From a bacterium (GTDB lineage: Bacteria > UBA10199 > JAIBAG01), in contig JAIBAG010000016.1 of assembly GCA_019695305.1 (NCBI GenBank), positions 1,161 through 65,160 on the forward strand: a stretch of 64,000 nt of DNA, in the 5' to 3' direction. Below are positions 35,147 to 43,851 of the stretch, piece by piece (position 1 is the stretch's first letter; each line of letters begins with the position of its first letter). Both the position numbers and the translations under genes were made by a program. The notes under the pieces were generated by a model. It was not told where the DNA came from. It did no database searches and saw only the letters and a program-made list of their open reading frames with translations.

Positions 35147-35986
35147 ATGTCAGACGTCATTATTCCCGGTAACACCACAAACGAAGAACTCTACCAGATT
35201 TACAACGAAGTTTTTGGTGGCGATTTAAGTGCTATGGAAGCGGCTTTTACGGCCGGAGATGCTCCCGAAGGTTACGATTTAGTGGATTTGTTTAATGCCA
35301 TTGTTCACTTTAGCGGAAGTTTGCCTGATGCCGTGGTAGCCTACGATTCCACTTTTCCTGAAGATATTAGTGAGGAAGATGCCGAACAAATTGCGGTGGC
35401 TATGCAGTACTGGATGACACAAAACCCTAACATGGAAGCCATGGGCACAGAATTTTTAAACTGGTTGGGTACAGAGTTTAGTTTTGACCCTGCTAGTTTA
35501 GAATCTCAAGTTGAAGATTTTATTAATAGCTACAAAGATAGCGGTGGTACTTTAGGCCCTTATCCTTCTCCTGAAGAGGGAGAAACCGTATTTAGTTTGC
35601 TAGATGTAGATGACTTGACCGATCTCATTCATTACGCGTTAACCGCCTATTCGTCTCCCGCGGCCGTAATGAATCTTTTAATTTTAGGTTTTCAAACCCG
35701 CGTGCGTGACATGACCGATGCCGTGGTGGGTGCGTTTGATGATGTGTCCAGAGAATTGGAAGACATTACTGCAAATTTTCCTGATGATCCTCTTGCCGAT
35801 GGTTATCAATATGATGTGTTTCAAGCGCAAACCAAAGTGGAAAACTTGCGCAATGCCATGCAAACGCTTACCAACATTGTAAAAACCATTCAGGACATGA
35901 TGCAGAACATGATTCAAACCCAGGCCGCTACCAACGAAAGTTCGCAAAACACTTTGGAACGGCTCAATAGCTATATTGCGTCATAA
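35147..35986 (+). CDS. Acidic hypothetical protein, candidate T3SS substrate (tip, translocator or gatekeeper class unresolved)
   Basis: 279 aa, strongly acidic, no TM. C-terminal coiled coil (QTKVENLRNAMQTLTNIVKTIQDMMQNMIQTQ). AAGGAG RBS. Followed by a class II-like TPR chaperone. Confidence 0.6.
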   Translation: MSDVIIPGNTTNEELYQIYNEVFGGDLSAMEAAFTAGDAPEGYDLVDLFNAIVHFSGSLPDAVVAYDSTFPEDISEEDAEQIAVAMQYWMTQNPNMEAMGTEFLNWLGTEFSFDPASLESQVEDFINSYKDSGGTLGPYPSPEEGETVFSLLDVDDLTDLIHYALTAYSSPAAVMNLLILGFQTRVRDMTDAVVGAFDDVSRELEDITANFPDDPLADGYQYDVFQAQTKVENLRNAMQTLTNIVKTIQDMMQNMIQTQAATNESSQNTLERLNSYIAS

Positions 35987-36008
35987 GGGTAGTTTTTGAA
36001 ATTATTAC

Positions 36009-36038
36009 AAAAGGGCGGCGGGTTAGCCGCCCTTTTTT
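36009..36038 (+). terminator. Rho-independent terminator
   Basis: AAAAGGGCGGC-GGGTTA-GCCGCCCTTTTTT. Confidence 0.8.
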
Positions 36039-36095
36039 GTTTATTGGCTGAGGTAACGATAAATGATATCCTTAAGTACTAATAATGAGGGAATC

Positions 36096-36641
36096 ATGCA
36101 GAAGCGTGTAGGGGTTAAATTACCGTCTTTTTTAGATAAAAAGCCCGATCTTAAAAAGAAGATTGCCGAAGTGGTTGGTCAAACTCCACTCGCCAAGCGT
36201 AAACAAGATATTGAAAAGCTTAAACAGTTTTTTACAGGCGAGTTAAGCTGGGTAGAGGTAAAGCAACTGCCCCGCCGTTATATTAATGAAATGGCTAAAA
36301 TTGCCACCATGGAATTTAAACTGGGTCATTTAAAGAGAGCCGAAGCTATTTTTAAGGGTTTGTGTGTGATTGATCATAAAACAGCCTATCATCACCGTGC
36401 GTTAGGTGCTGTTTATCAAAAACAGAAAAATTTTGAGAGTGCAGTAGAGAAATACAATATGGCGTTAGTAGCTAAAGAAAACGACATTTCCACACTGGTA
36501 AACCGTGGCGAATGTTATTTGCACTTAAACAATAAAGTACAAGCTTTGGCCGATTTAAATGCAGCCATCAATTTAGATAAAAATGGGAAAAATCCATGGG
36601 CTAACCGAGCCCGTGTTTTGGTGAAGGGTTTAAAACAATAA
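36096..36641 (+). CDS. Class II T3SS chaperone (LcrH/SycD/IpgC-like TPR)
   Basis: About 181 aa from the ATG at 36096 (GAGGGA SD). FKGLCVIDHKTAYHHRALGAVYQ parallels SycD FQALCVLDHYDSRFFLGLGACRQ. Three TPRs. Confidence 0.75.
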   Translation: MQKRVGVKLPSFLDKKPDLKKKIAEVVGQTPLAKRKQDIEKLKQFFTGELSWVEVKQLPRRYINEMAKIATMEFKLGHLKRAEAIFKGLCVIDHKTAYHHRALGAVYQKQKNFESAVEKYNMALVAKENDISTLVNRGECYLHLNNKVQALADLNAAINLDKNGKNPWANRARVLVKGLKQ

Positions 36642-36653
36642 AACAGGAATTTT

Positions 36654-37478
36654 ATGTCATCACCTATTACTTACAGCACATCCGATCTTGAGACAATCCA
36701 CCAGCTAGAAACTTATTTGGCGCAAAGCGGGGTAAGCGAAGCCGATATTGACGTTATTATGGCGGGTATCGACAATAATAGCGATGTTGATATCCCCGAT
36801 GAGTTGAAAAATGCCTACCTCAATTTGACCATGCTTAAATTGTGGCAGCTTATTTCGCCCGATACTTATCAGTCGGCTTATGGGCAAATTGGCCCTGATG
36901 TAAATCGTGGCGATGCCGATGATTTATTTGCCGCCATGGACGATTATATGAGTCCAGAGTTGGCCCAGCTTTTAGAAAAACTTATTAACGATTCTCCCGA
37001 ACTAATGGCTTTGGCAGCCGATACCGATGGTGATCCCGAGACTACAGCTCAATCTGTTTTTGATGCTATTGCCAAAGCGCGCGAGACTACTGAAGAAGGG
37101 GAAGATTTGGAAAATGTGTGGAGCGATCATGCAGGTCACGATGTTGTAGAAGATTTGGGGCTGCAGGGTACTTTTTATGAATCGGTGTTAGATCAAGCCG
37201 ATACCTTTCAAAATATTCAGGGCATTGCCATGCAAGAAATTGCCAAGTACCAAGATTTTTTAACCAACCTTTTTAGCGAAGGTGTTAAAAGTGGTGATGT
37301 GACGGTTGAAGAAGCCCAGGCCCAGGCCGGGCAGGTAAGTGCCATGATGGAAATGTGGACGGGTATTTACAACCAGGCTCAAGATCAGGTAAATAATTTG
37401 TATCAGTTTGTGGGAGCTGTTACCAAAGAACATGCCGACTTGTTAGATAATTTGGCTCGTAACTTGGCTATGCGTTAG
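36654..37478 (+). CDS. Acidic hypothetical protein, second candidate T3SS substrate
   Basis: 274 aa, strongly acidic, no TM. Same size and organisation as 35147-35986. The C-terminus ..LLDNLARNLAMR is reminiscent of needle-family ends. Confidence 0.6.
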   Translation: MSSPITYSTSDLETIHQLETYLAQSGVSEADIDVIMAGIDNNSDVDIPDELKNAYLNLTMLKLWQLISPDTYQSAYGQIGPDVNRGDADDLFAAMDDYMSPELAQLLEKLINDSPELMALAADTDGDPETTAQSVFDAIAKARETTEEGEDLENVWSDHAGHDVVEDLGLQGTFYESVLDQADTFQNIQGIAMQEIAKYQDFLTNLFSEGVKSGDVTVEEAQAQAGQVSAMMEMWTGIYNQAQDQVNNLYQFVGAVTKEHADLLDNLARNLAMR

Positions 37479-37480
37479 TA

Positions 37481-38137
37481 GTGTGGGGTAATTTGGGTAT
37501 GGAAAAGGAATTGGAAAATATTGCGTCCACCAAAAAGAAGGACAATAAAAAAGGCGAAAATCGTCTTATTTCGCCCGATCCCGTTCGTAAAAAGTTTATT
37601 ACCGAATTACTGCACGCTTTTGCTGCCCGTAAAATTAGTTTTGCCGAATTAACAAGGTTGCATCCCAAAAAAATAAAACAGATTGCCGAAATTGGTTTTG
37701 TTAAACTGCGCCATGGCCGTTACAAAGACGCCCGCCGAATTTTTGAAGCTCTAACTTTTTTAGACCACAAAAATTCGTTTCACCATTTGGCTTTGGCCGG
37801 TGCATATCAAAAACTGGAATTGTTTGTGGATGCCATTTATCAATACACCGAAGCGTTGCGGATAGAGCCCGATAATATCAACGCTATGGTTAATCGTGGT
37901 GAATTGTATTTGCGCCGCAAAAGTTATCGCAAGGCTGCCGAAGATTTTAGAAACGCTATTTTAAAAGATGAAACCGGCAAAGACCGTTTTGCCAACCGCG
38001 CTAGGTCGCTGGTGATTGCTATAAAACGTTCGCTTGCTCAAGATAAAGAAGAAGCGTTAAAACCCAAGAAAATCCCTACCTCACCGGCTAACAAAGCCAC
38101 TCTCTCGCCTTTTAAGTTTAATATGAAGAAGAAGTGA
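37481..38137 (+). CDS. Class II T3SS chaperone (LcrH/SycD-like TPR), second copy
   Basis: 218 aa from GTG at 37481, or 212 aa from ATG at 37499. IFEALTFLDHKNSFHHLALAGAYQ. TPRs. Basic C-terminal tail. Confidence 0.75.
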   Translation: MWGNLGMEKELENIASTKKKDNKKGENRLISPDPVRKKFITELLHAFAARKISFAELTRLHPKKIKQIAEIGFVKLRHGRYKDARRIFEALTFLDHKNSFHHLALAGAYQKLELFVDAIYQYTEALRIEPDNINAMVNRGELYLRRKSYRKAAEDFRNAILKDETGKDRFANRARSLVIAIKRSLAQDKEEALKPKKIPTSPANKATLSPFKFNMKKK

Positions 38138-38217
38138 ATGGTGGATAGTGGATAGTTAATAGTAAAGAGGGAAATACTATTTCCATCCACCATAAACCAT
38201 CCACTATCCACTTCTTC
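38127..38217. terminator. Long imperfect palindrome between convergent genes (bidirectional terminator candidate)
   Basis: GTGGATAGTGGAT (38141-38153) pairs with ATCCACTATCCAC (38199-38211), plus ATGGTGGA/TCCACCAT and GAAGAAG/CTTCTTC. Confidence 0.5.
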
Positions 38218-39639
38218 TTACTCATCATCATCTTCTCCCACCGACGAATCGATAATTCCGTATTTAATGAGAAGATTACGCAGATGCTTGCGGTCAATCT
38301 GGGCTTCGCGGCTGGCTTTAGAAACATTGTTTTTATTGCGTTTCAAAAGATCTTCTAAATAATCTTTTTCAAACACTTCTACAATCTTTTGTTTGGCTTC
38401 TTTAAACGGCAGTGAGTTATCAACCAAGTCTTTTGCGGATGATTTTACCTCACCAGCACCTTGAATTTCGCTAAAAATAAACTGCAGGGTGTTGCCATCA
38501 ATAACACCGTTATTAGCAAACGATACAGCACGTTCCAAAATATTGTTCAGTTCGCGCACGTTGCCGGGCCAAGGATAGCGTTGTAAAATTTTAAGCGCAT
38601 CATCTTCTACTTTGCTGGCATAAAATGACCCATCCGGCTTTTTGTTGTAGCGCGCATTAGAGAGTACACGTTCTACAATAAGTGGAATATCATCAGTGCG
38701 TTCACGTAATGGAGGGAGTTGGATCTTAACCACCGAAAAGCGGTAGTACAGATCTTCACGAAAAGTTCCTTTTTTTACTTCTTCTTTTAAATCACGATTG
38801 GTTGCGCACAACACACGGACATCCAGTTGGATGGACTGTGTAGAGCCTACGCGTTTAATTTCGCGTTGTTCTAGCGCCCGTAAAAGTTTGGGTTGTAAAT
38901 CGAGCGTTAACTCGCCAATTTCGTCCAAAAATATGGTGCCGCCATTAGCCGATTCAAAAGCACCTTTTCTATCTTTTAAAGCACCAGTGAACGATCCTTT
39001 CATGTGTCCAAAGAGTTCCGATTCAATTAAATTGGGAGCTACGGCCGAGCAATCAAACACAATAAAAGGTTTGTCTTTTCTTACGGAGTTTTCATGAATG
39101 GCACGAGCTACCAGTTCTTTTCCGGTACCAGTTTCACCCTGAATGATGACGGTAGCCATGGTGGGCGAGATACGTTCTAAAATACCAAAAATCTGGCGCA
39201 TTTTTAAACTTTTACCCACCATAGAGCCAAACTCATTATTTTTGGACGGCTCCATTTGTACTTTTTCGTTAAATGCCTGGTATTCAATTTTAGTGCCGCC
39301 AATAGTAATCACATCGCCCGGCGACAAAAAGGCTTCTTTTACCTTCATGCCATTAATAAAAGTACCGTTGGTGGATCCTAAATCGCGCAACAGATACGAA
39401 TCGGATGTGGCCTCAATTTTCATGTGGTTGCGCGACACGGTTTTATCGTTAATCACAATATCGTTATCGCTTTTTTTACCGATGGTGAGTTCTTTCTTTT
39501 TACCTAGTTCGTGTTTTACTTTGGGACTTGGGCCATCAATAACAACCAACATGCATTTACGTAAAGAAACAACATCTTTAAAATCTTCTGCCGATAAAAT
39601 TTCGGTTTTATTGCCAATTTCGTTTTCTGTATCCGACAT
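38218..39639 (-). CDS. Sigma-54-dependent transcriptional activator (bEBP) with N-terminal FHA domain
   Basis: About 473 aa from the ATG at 39639. FHA (LTIGKKSDNDIVINDKTVSRNHMKIE....YLLRDLGSTNGTFING). AAA+ Walker A GETGTGKE. Sigma-54 contact loop ESELFGHMKGSFTGA. GGTIFLDEIGEL. C-terminal Fis-type HTH. Confidence 0.9.
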   Translation of the reverse strand: MSDTENEIGNKTEILSAEDFKDVVSLRKCMLVVIDGPSPKVKHELGKKKELTIGKKSDNDIVINDKTVSRNHMKIEATSDSYLLRDLGSTNGTFINGMKVKEAFLSPGDVITIGGTKIEYQAFNEKVQMEPSKNNEFGSMVGKSLKMRQIFGILERISPTMATVIIQGETGTGKELVARAIHENSVRKDKPFIVFDCSAVAPNLIESELFGHMKGSFTGALKDRKGAFESANGGTIFLDEIGELTLDLQPKLLRALEQREIKRVGSTQSIQLDVRVLCATNRDLKEEVKKGTFREDLYYRFSVVKIQLPPLRERTDDIPLIVERVLSNARYNKKPDGSFYASKVEDDALKILQRYPWPGNVRELNNILERAVSFANNGVIDGNTLQFIFSEIQGAGEVKSSAKDLVDNSLPFKEAKQKIVEVFEKDYLEDLLKRNKNNVSKASREAQIDRKHLRNLLIKYGIIDSSVGEDDDE

Positions 39640-39640
39640 A

Positions 39641-41746
39641 TTATTCCCTTTGTAACGGAGCTGTAATTTCAAGTCCTTTAGCTCCCATGGTAATGGTTTT
39701 TGTCCAGGTTCTATAGCCAGGCATGGTAATAACAATAGTATGGCTTGTGCCGGCTGCCAAATTGGTGGTGATAACAGGTGTCACACCAGCTTTGCGCCCA
39801 TCAATTGTGACAGCACCTCCGCGTGGGTTGGAATCCACACGCAATTTGCCGCTACCACTTTTTTCCACAACGGTATCGGGAGAGGGAGTGACAGGGGGTT
39901 TATTGGGTGTGGGCTTAGGTGTTGGAGGCGGAGTCACAGGTTCTGGCTTTTTGTCCAAAGTAAAACTGAGTGTTTTTACTTCTCCTCCAGCAATGGTGAG
40001 TGTGTTTGATTGTGGCAAATAGCCATTTTTTGAAACCTGAATAATATAGGTGCCCGGTTTTAATGTAATACCACTAAGATTTTCCTGTTTTTTATCGTTA
40101 ATGGTAACACTTGCTCCATCAACATTGGTACTGATTGTGAGCGTTGCCTCTACAAACTGTGGGTCGGGAATAAAAATAAAAGTATAGGGTTTTAAACTGC
40201 TGGCTGCTGTGATGGCCTGTTCAATGGGTAGGTATTGGGGTAACACTAGTTTTAGCGTAAAAGTTTTTCCTTCAGGAATATCGTTGAGCTGTGCCGGTGT
40301 TTTAAGCCCGGTATCGGCATTATCTACCATAATCATGGCCCCTGGTGGGGTAGAGGCTATTTTAATATCCACTAAAACAGGAGCAGGGGGTGTTTCATCA
40401 ACAGGTGGAGGAGTGACTGGAGGTAGTGGAGGTTCTTCTACAACAAGAGGTGGCTCTTCTACAACAGGAGGCTTTTCTACAACCGGGGTTTTGTTTCTTA
40501 GATAGAAAAAATATGAAAGTAGCCCGCCTAAAACAATAAAGACCACCATCCACAATACTAAACGAATGGCAGAAGAAGACGAGTTTTGAATGTGGGCATC
40601 GGTGGAGGTGTTTTCTTTAATGGGCATGATCCCGTCGCCATGATCTAAATCTTCGGGCTTAATATCGCTTTCGGGTTTGGTGGTATCTTGTAAAATAGGC
40701 AATTCCACGCTTTCGTTATGAGCCAAAATTTCTTCCTGGCTTTTCATTTTATTTATCAGCATGGAGCGTGTTTGATTTTCAGTTTCACGATCTATTTTGG
40801 TTTGCTGCTTGCGAATTTTAAGTTCGGTTTGAAATGTTTTTTGAATAAAGCTACCCAACTGCTTGGGAGAAAAATCGTCGTATTTAGAATAAAGTAATTT
40901 GGTTAAAGCAATTTGCAAATCACCAGCGCTCTCAAAACGGTTTTCGGGGTTTTTGGCCAAAGCTTTAATAAGCAACGGGCGCACTTCCTTGGGGATTTTA
41001 GAATTTAAATTTTCATCGGAAAAAACAGAGTCTCTAATTTTGGCCAAAATATCAAACTGACTTTCTCCAGTAAAAAGGCGCTCGCCTGTAATCATTTCGT
41101 ACAACAAGATGCCGGTGGAATAAATATCGGTTCTGCCGTCAATAGAATTACCCGAAGCCTGCTCAGGAGACATATAGGTAACCTTGCCTTTTAATATACC
41201 GGCTGTGGTGTGAGATACATTCATGGCCGCTTTGGCAATACCAAAGTCCACAATTTTGGTTTCACCTTCAAAAGAAATTAAAATATTTTGAGGTGAAATA
41301 TCCCGGTGTACAATTTCAAGAGGCTGACCATGGTCGTCACGTTTGCTGTGGGCGTAATCAAGCCCGCTGGCTATTTCGGAAGCCATAAACAAAGCGAGAG
41401 GTAGAGGGATTGATTGGTTAAGTTCTTTAGAACGATTAATAACTTCGCGTAAATTCACACCATCAATATATTCCATGGAAATGTAATAATCGTCACCCAC
41501 CTTGCCCAAATCGTAAATTTGCACGATGTTGGTATGCGAAAGCTTAACAACAAGCTTGGCTTCGTCGGTGAGCATGGCAATAAATTCTTTATCGGCGGAA
41601 TAATTGGGGAGAATTTTTTTGATAGCGAGCAGCTTTTCAAAACCGTCTACGCCAAAGGTTTTGGCCTTGTAAATTTCGGCCATGCCGCCAACGGCGATGC
41701 GCTCCATCAAGAAATATTTGCCAAATGGTTTAGGTTCAAAAGCCAT
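39641..41746 (-). CDS. Ser/Thr protein kinase with TM and periplasmic PEGA domains
   Basis: 701 aa. Hanks motifs GGMAEIYKA, AIKK, HRDISPQN, DFGIAK and YMSPEQ. TM LVLWMVVFIVLGGLLSYFFYL. Pro-rich linker. PEGA-like IASTPPGAMIMVDN and VDSNPRGGAVTIDGRKAGVTP. Its stop is 1 nt from the bEBP start. Confidence 0.9.
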   Translation of the reverse strand: MAFEPKPFGKYFLMERIAVGGMAEIYKAKTFGVDGFEKLLAIKKILPNYSADKEFIAMLTDEAKLVVKLSHTNIVQIYDLGKVGDDYYISMEYIDGVNLREVINRSKELNQSIPLPLALFMASEIASGLDYAHSKRDDHGQPLEIVHRDISPQNILISFEGETKIVDFGIAKAAMNVSHTTAGILKGKVTYMSPEQASGNSIDGRTDIYSTGILLYEMITGERLFTGESQFDILAKIRDSVFSDENLNSKIPKEVRPLLIKALAKNPENRFESAGDLQIALTKLLYSKYDDFSPKQLGSFIQKTFQTELKIRKQQTKIDRETENQTRSMLINKMKSQEEILAHNESVELPILQDTTKPESDIKPEDLDHGDGIMPIKENTSTDAHIQNSSSSAIRLVLWMVVFIVLGGLLSYFFYLRNKTPVVEKPPVVEEPPLVVEEPPLPPVTPPPVDETPPAPVLVDIKIASTPPGAMIMVDNADTGLKTPAQLNDIPEGKTFTLKLVLPQYLPIEQAITAASSLKPYTFIFIPDPQFVEATLTISTNVDGASVTINDKKQENLSGITLKPGTYIIQVSKNGYLPQSNTLTIAGGEVKTLSFTLDKKPEPVTPPPTPKPTPNKPPVTPSPDTVVEKSGSGKLRVDSNPRGGAVTIDGRKAGVTPVITTNLAAGTSHTIVITMPGYRTWTKTITMGAKGLEITAPLQRE

Positions 41747-41851
41747 ATCTATTGTAGGGGCTTACGTAGCCCCCTCCATCGGCAATCCCACAGAGACAAA
41801 TTTGTGAGCCGGATGGAGTCTCCCCGTCAACGCCCCGTTGGGGCTGGTTAT

Positions 41852-42508
41852 CTAAAAGAAAAATAAAATCACACCAATAACAAGCACCACCACCAAGGCA
41901 ATAAGACCATAAATGATGAGCATTTCAGGGCTTTTGTTAGGCCCTTTATTTCCAACAATTTTATTTACGTTTACCACATGCTGGGTAACGGTTATCTCGC
42001 CATCGGTAGTTTCTTTTTTATCGTCAACAGGTTTAGCCTCGTCTTTAAACAGAGCTGGGTTTAAAGGGATGGTAACCTGTAAAATGTTGTCTCGCGTTAA
42101 ATTGGCCACCTTTAAGGGGTCGCCACTTTTTAAATCTTTTATTTGTAGTGCGGCCATTCGCGAAATAGCCAAAAACGCCGGAGCAATTTTTTCTCCATTT
42201 TTAAGCGTTAAATCAATTCTTAAGAGGGAAGGATCGGTTTTTAAATTGACCTTCCGGTAATAAATGACCTCAATATCATCCACCGGGATTTGGATATTTT
42301 TTTTCCATAGTTTGCTTTTATCAAGCAAGAGCTTCCAGTCGGTTTTATCGCTTAAACCCTGAAAATTATCCTGTTGGCCACCATCTTCCTGTTCCCGGTC
42401 TTTTTGAGACTCGGCAGAGGCGTCCACACGCAGATAATCGGTTTCCCTTAATTTATCGATACGCTCAACCACAAGCCTCCCAACAGAAATAATCCCGCTA
42501 AATGGCAC
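41852..42508 (-). CDS. Hypothetical C-terminally anchored membrane protein
   Basis: 218 aa. C-terminal TM MLIIYGLIALVVVLVIGVILFFF. Upstream of, and on the same strand as, the kinase gene. Confidence 0.55.
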   Translation of the reverse strand: MPFSGIISVGRLVVERIDKLRETDYLRVDASAESQKDREQEDGGQQDNFQGLSDKTDWKLLLDKSKLWKKNIQIPVDDIEVIYYRKVNLKTDPSLLRIDLTLKNGEKIAPAFLAISRMAALQIKDLKSGDPLKVANLTRDNILQVTIPLNPALFKDEAKPVDDKKETTDGEITVTQHVVNVNKIVGNKGPNKSPEMLIIYGLIALVVVLVIGVILFFF

Positions 42509-42636
42509 AAGTTTCTTATCGAAAAATGGTTATATTCTAACGGAAAATTTTTCGTAAGAGATTAAAATTGTACGGTTAGTTTGGTAAAACCGCAAGGAAA
42601 AACATTGGGTTGTAAATCTGTGGGGAGTCGATTCCC

Positions 42637-42957
42637 CTAAGGCTGGTTACCATATTTAAGTTTGATGCCAATATCCATCAAACTACCGGAAATGAAGGTA
42701 TCGATGAAAACCAGTGTTATGACAACAAGCATAGGGGTAAAATCGATGCCGCTACTGTAGAAAAAGCGGGGTAAAACGCGGCGGAGTTTGGAAAATACGG
42801 GCTGGGTAGCACCATATAAAAAGCGCACAATAGGGTTATAGGGATCGGGGCGCACCCAGCTGATGATAATGGCACCCACAATAACAAAGGTGTACATGTT
42901 GATGAGCATGCTTAAGACTTTGGCTAGAGCGATGAGTAGATTTCCTAAAATGGGCAT
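42637..42957 (-). CDS. yggT: YggT-family membrane protein
   Basis: 106 aa. YggT pattern (IISWV.PDPYNPIV.FL...T.P....R..LP...GIDF.P). Linked to proC and yggS. Confidence 0.8.
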   Translation of the reverse strand: MPILGNLLIALAKVLSMLINMYTFVIVGAIIISWVRPDPYNPIVRFLYGATQPVFSKLRRVLPRFFYSSGIDFTPMLVVITLVFIDTFISGSLMDIGIKLKYGNQP

Positions 42958-43772
42958 TAGCGTAACTCCTTGGCGCGTTGGGTAGCCCGTTTAACGCAGG
43001 CCACAACTGTTTCTTTAAACCCTTTTTCGGCCAGTTTTGCCAGGCCGGCTTCGGTGGTGCCCCCTTTGGAGGCTACTTTGGCAATGAGGTTTTCGGCCGT
43101 GTCTTTAGAACGAATAAAAAGTTCGGTAGCTCCTTGTATTGTTTTTATGGCCAAATTCTTTGCTGTATCAGGACTAAGCCCGGCTTCGATACCTCCGCTA
43201 ATCAGCGCATCGATAAAACTATAAACATAAGCAGGGCCACTGCCCGAAAGGCCGGTGACGGCATCGAGCAAATTCTCGTCTTTTACTTCCAGCACATCGC
43301 CTACCGATGCAAAAATCTTTTTCGTTATTTGTTTGTCGGCGGGCTTGCAGTTGTGGTTGGCATAAAAGGCTGTGGCACCCAAGCCAATTAAAGCCGGGGT
43401 ATTGGGCATGAGGCGCACCACGCGGCAATGGCCGCCAAAATGAGTCTCAAAAGCGCCAGTCGTTTTACCCGCTAAAATAGAGAGGATAAGGTGTTTGGGA
43501 GTTACAGAGGAACGTACTGCTGCAGACAATTCATCCAAATTCTGTGGTTTTACAGCAATAAGAACAGCAGCAGTTCCTTTAAAAACATCGGTTATCTGAG
43601 AAGCGAGTGTAATCTTATATTTTTTCTTTAATTTTTTAGCTTTGGTTTGGTCTACATCAAAACCAATAATATCACTCCCTTTAAAAAGAGCTTTTTTCGA
43701 TTTTGTTTTGGTGGTGATGCCCGAAAGAATGGCCTCGGCCATGTTTCCTAATCCAATGATGCCTAATTTCAT
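42957..43772 (-). CDS. proC: Pyrroline-5-carboxylate reductase
   Basis: Start at MKLGIIGLGNMAEAI (43772; the ORF track's longer N-terminus is unlikely). MPNTPALIG and GSGPAY motifs. Confidence 0.88.
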   Translation of the reverse strand: MKLGIIGLGNMAEAILSGITTKTKSKKALFKGSDIIGFDVDQTKAKKLKKKYKITLASQITDVFKGTAAVLIAVKPQNLDELSAAVRSSVTPKHLILSILAGKTTGAFETHFGGHCRVVRLMPNTPALIGLGATAFYANHNCKPADKQITKKIFASVGDVLEVKDENLLDAVTGLSGSGPAYVYSFIDALISGGIEAGLSPDTAKNLAIKTIQGATELFIRSKDTAENLIAKVASKGGTTEAGLAKLAEKGFKETVVACVKRATQRAKELR

Positions 43773-43851
43773 GGCTCGTAATATAGTCGGCTTCTTAAAG
43801 AAAACAATTGTTATTTCCCGCCATAACCAATAAACCGGCGCTGGATATTTT

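Noticed and set aside
38798-40505. Plus-strand ORFs antisense to the bEBP and kinase genes, including Gly/Thr/Ser-rich peptides
   Set aside because: They mirror the Pro-rich linker and other coding regions of the minus-strand genes, which carry complete kinase and AAA+ motif sets.
41747-41851. GC-rich hairpins in the 105-nt gap upstream of the kinase gene, considered as a possible ncRNA
   Set aside because: Short stems only (GGGGCT/AGCCCC, CTCCATC.GGC/GCCGGATGGAG), with no recognisable family. They could be an intra-operon processing or attenuation site, but the evidence is too thin to call.
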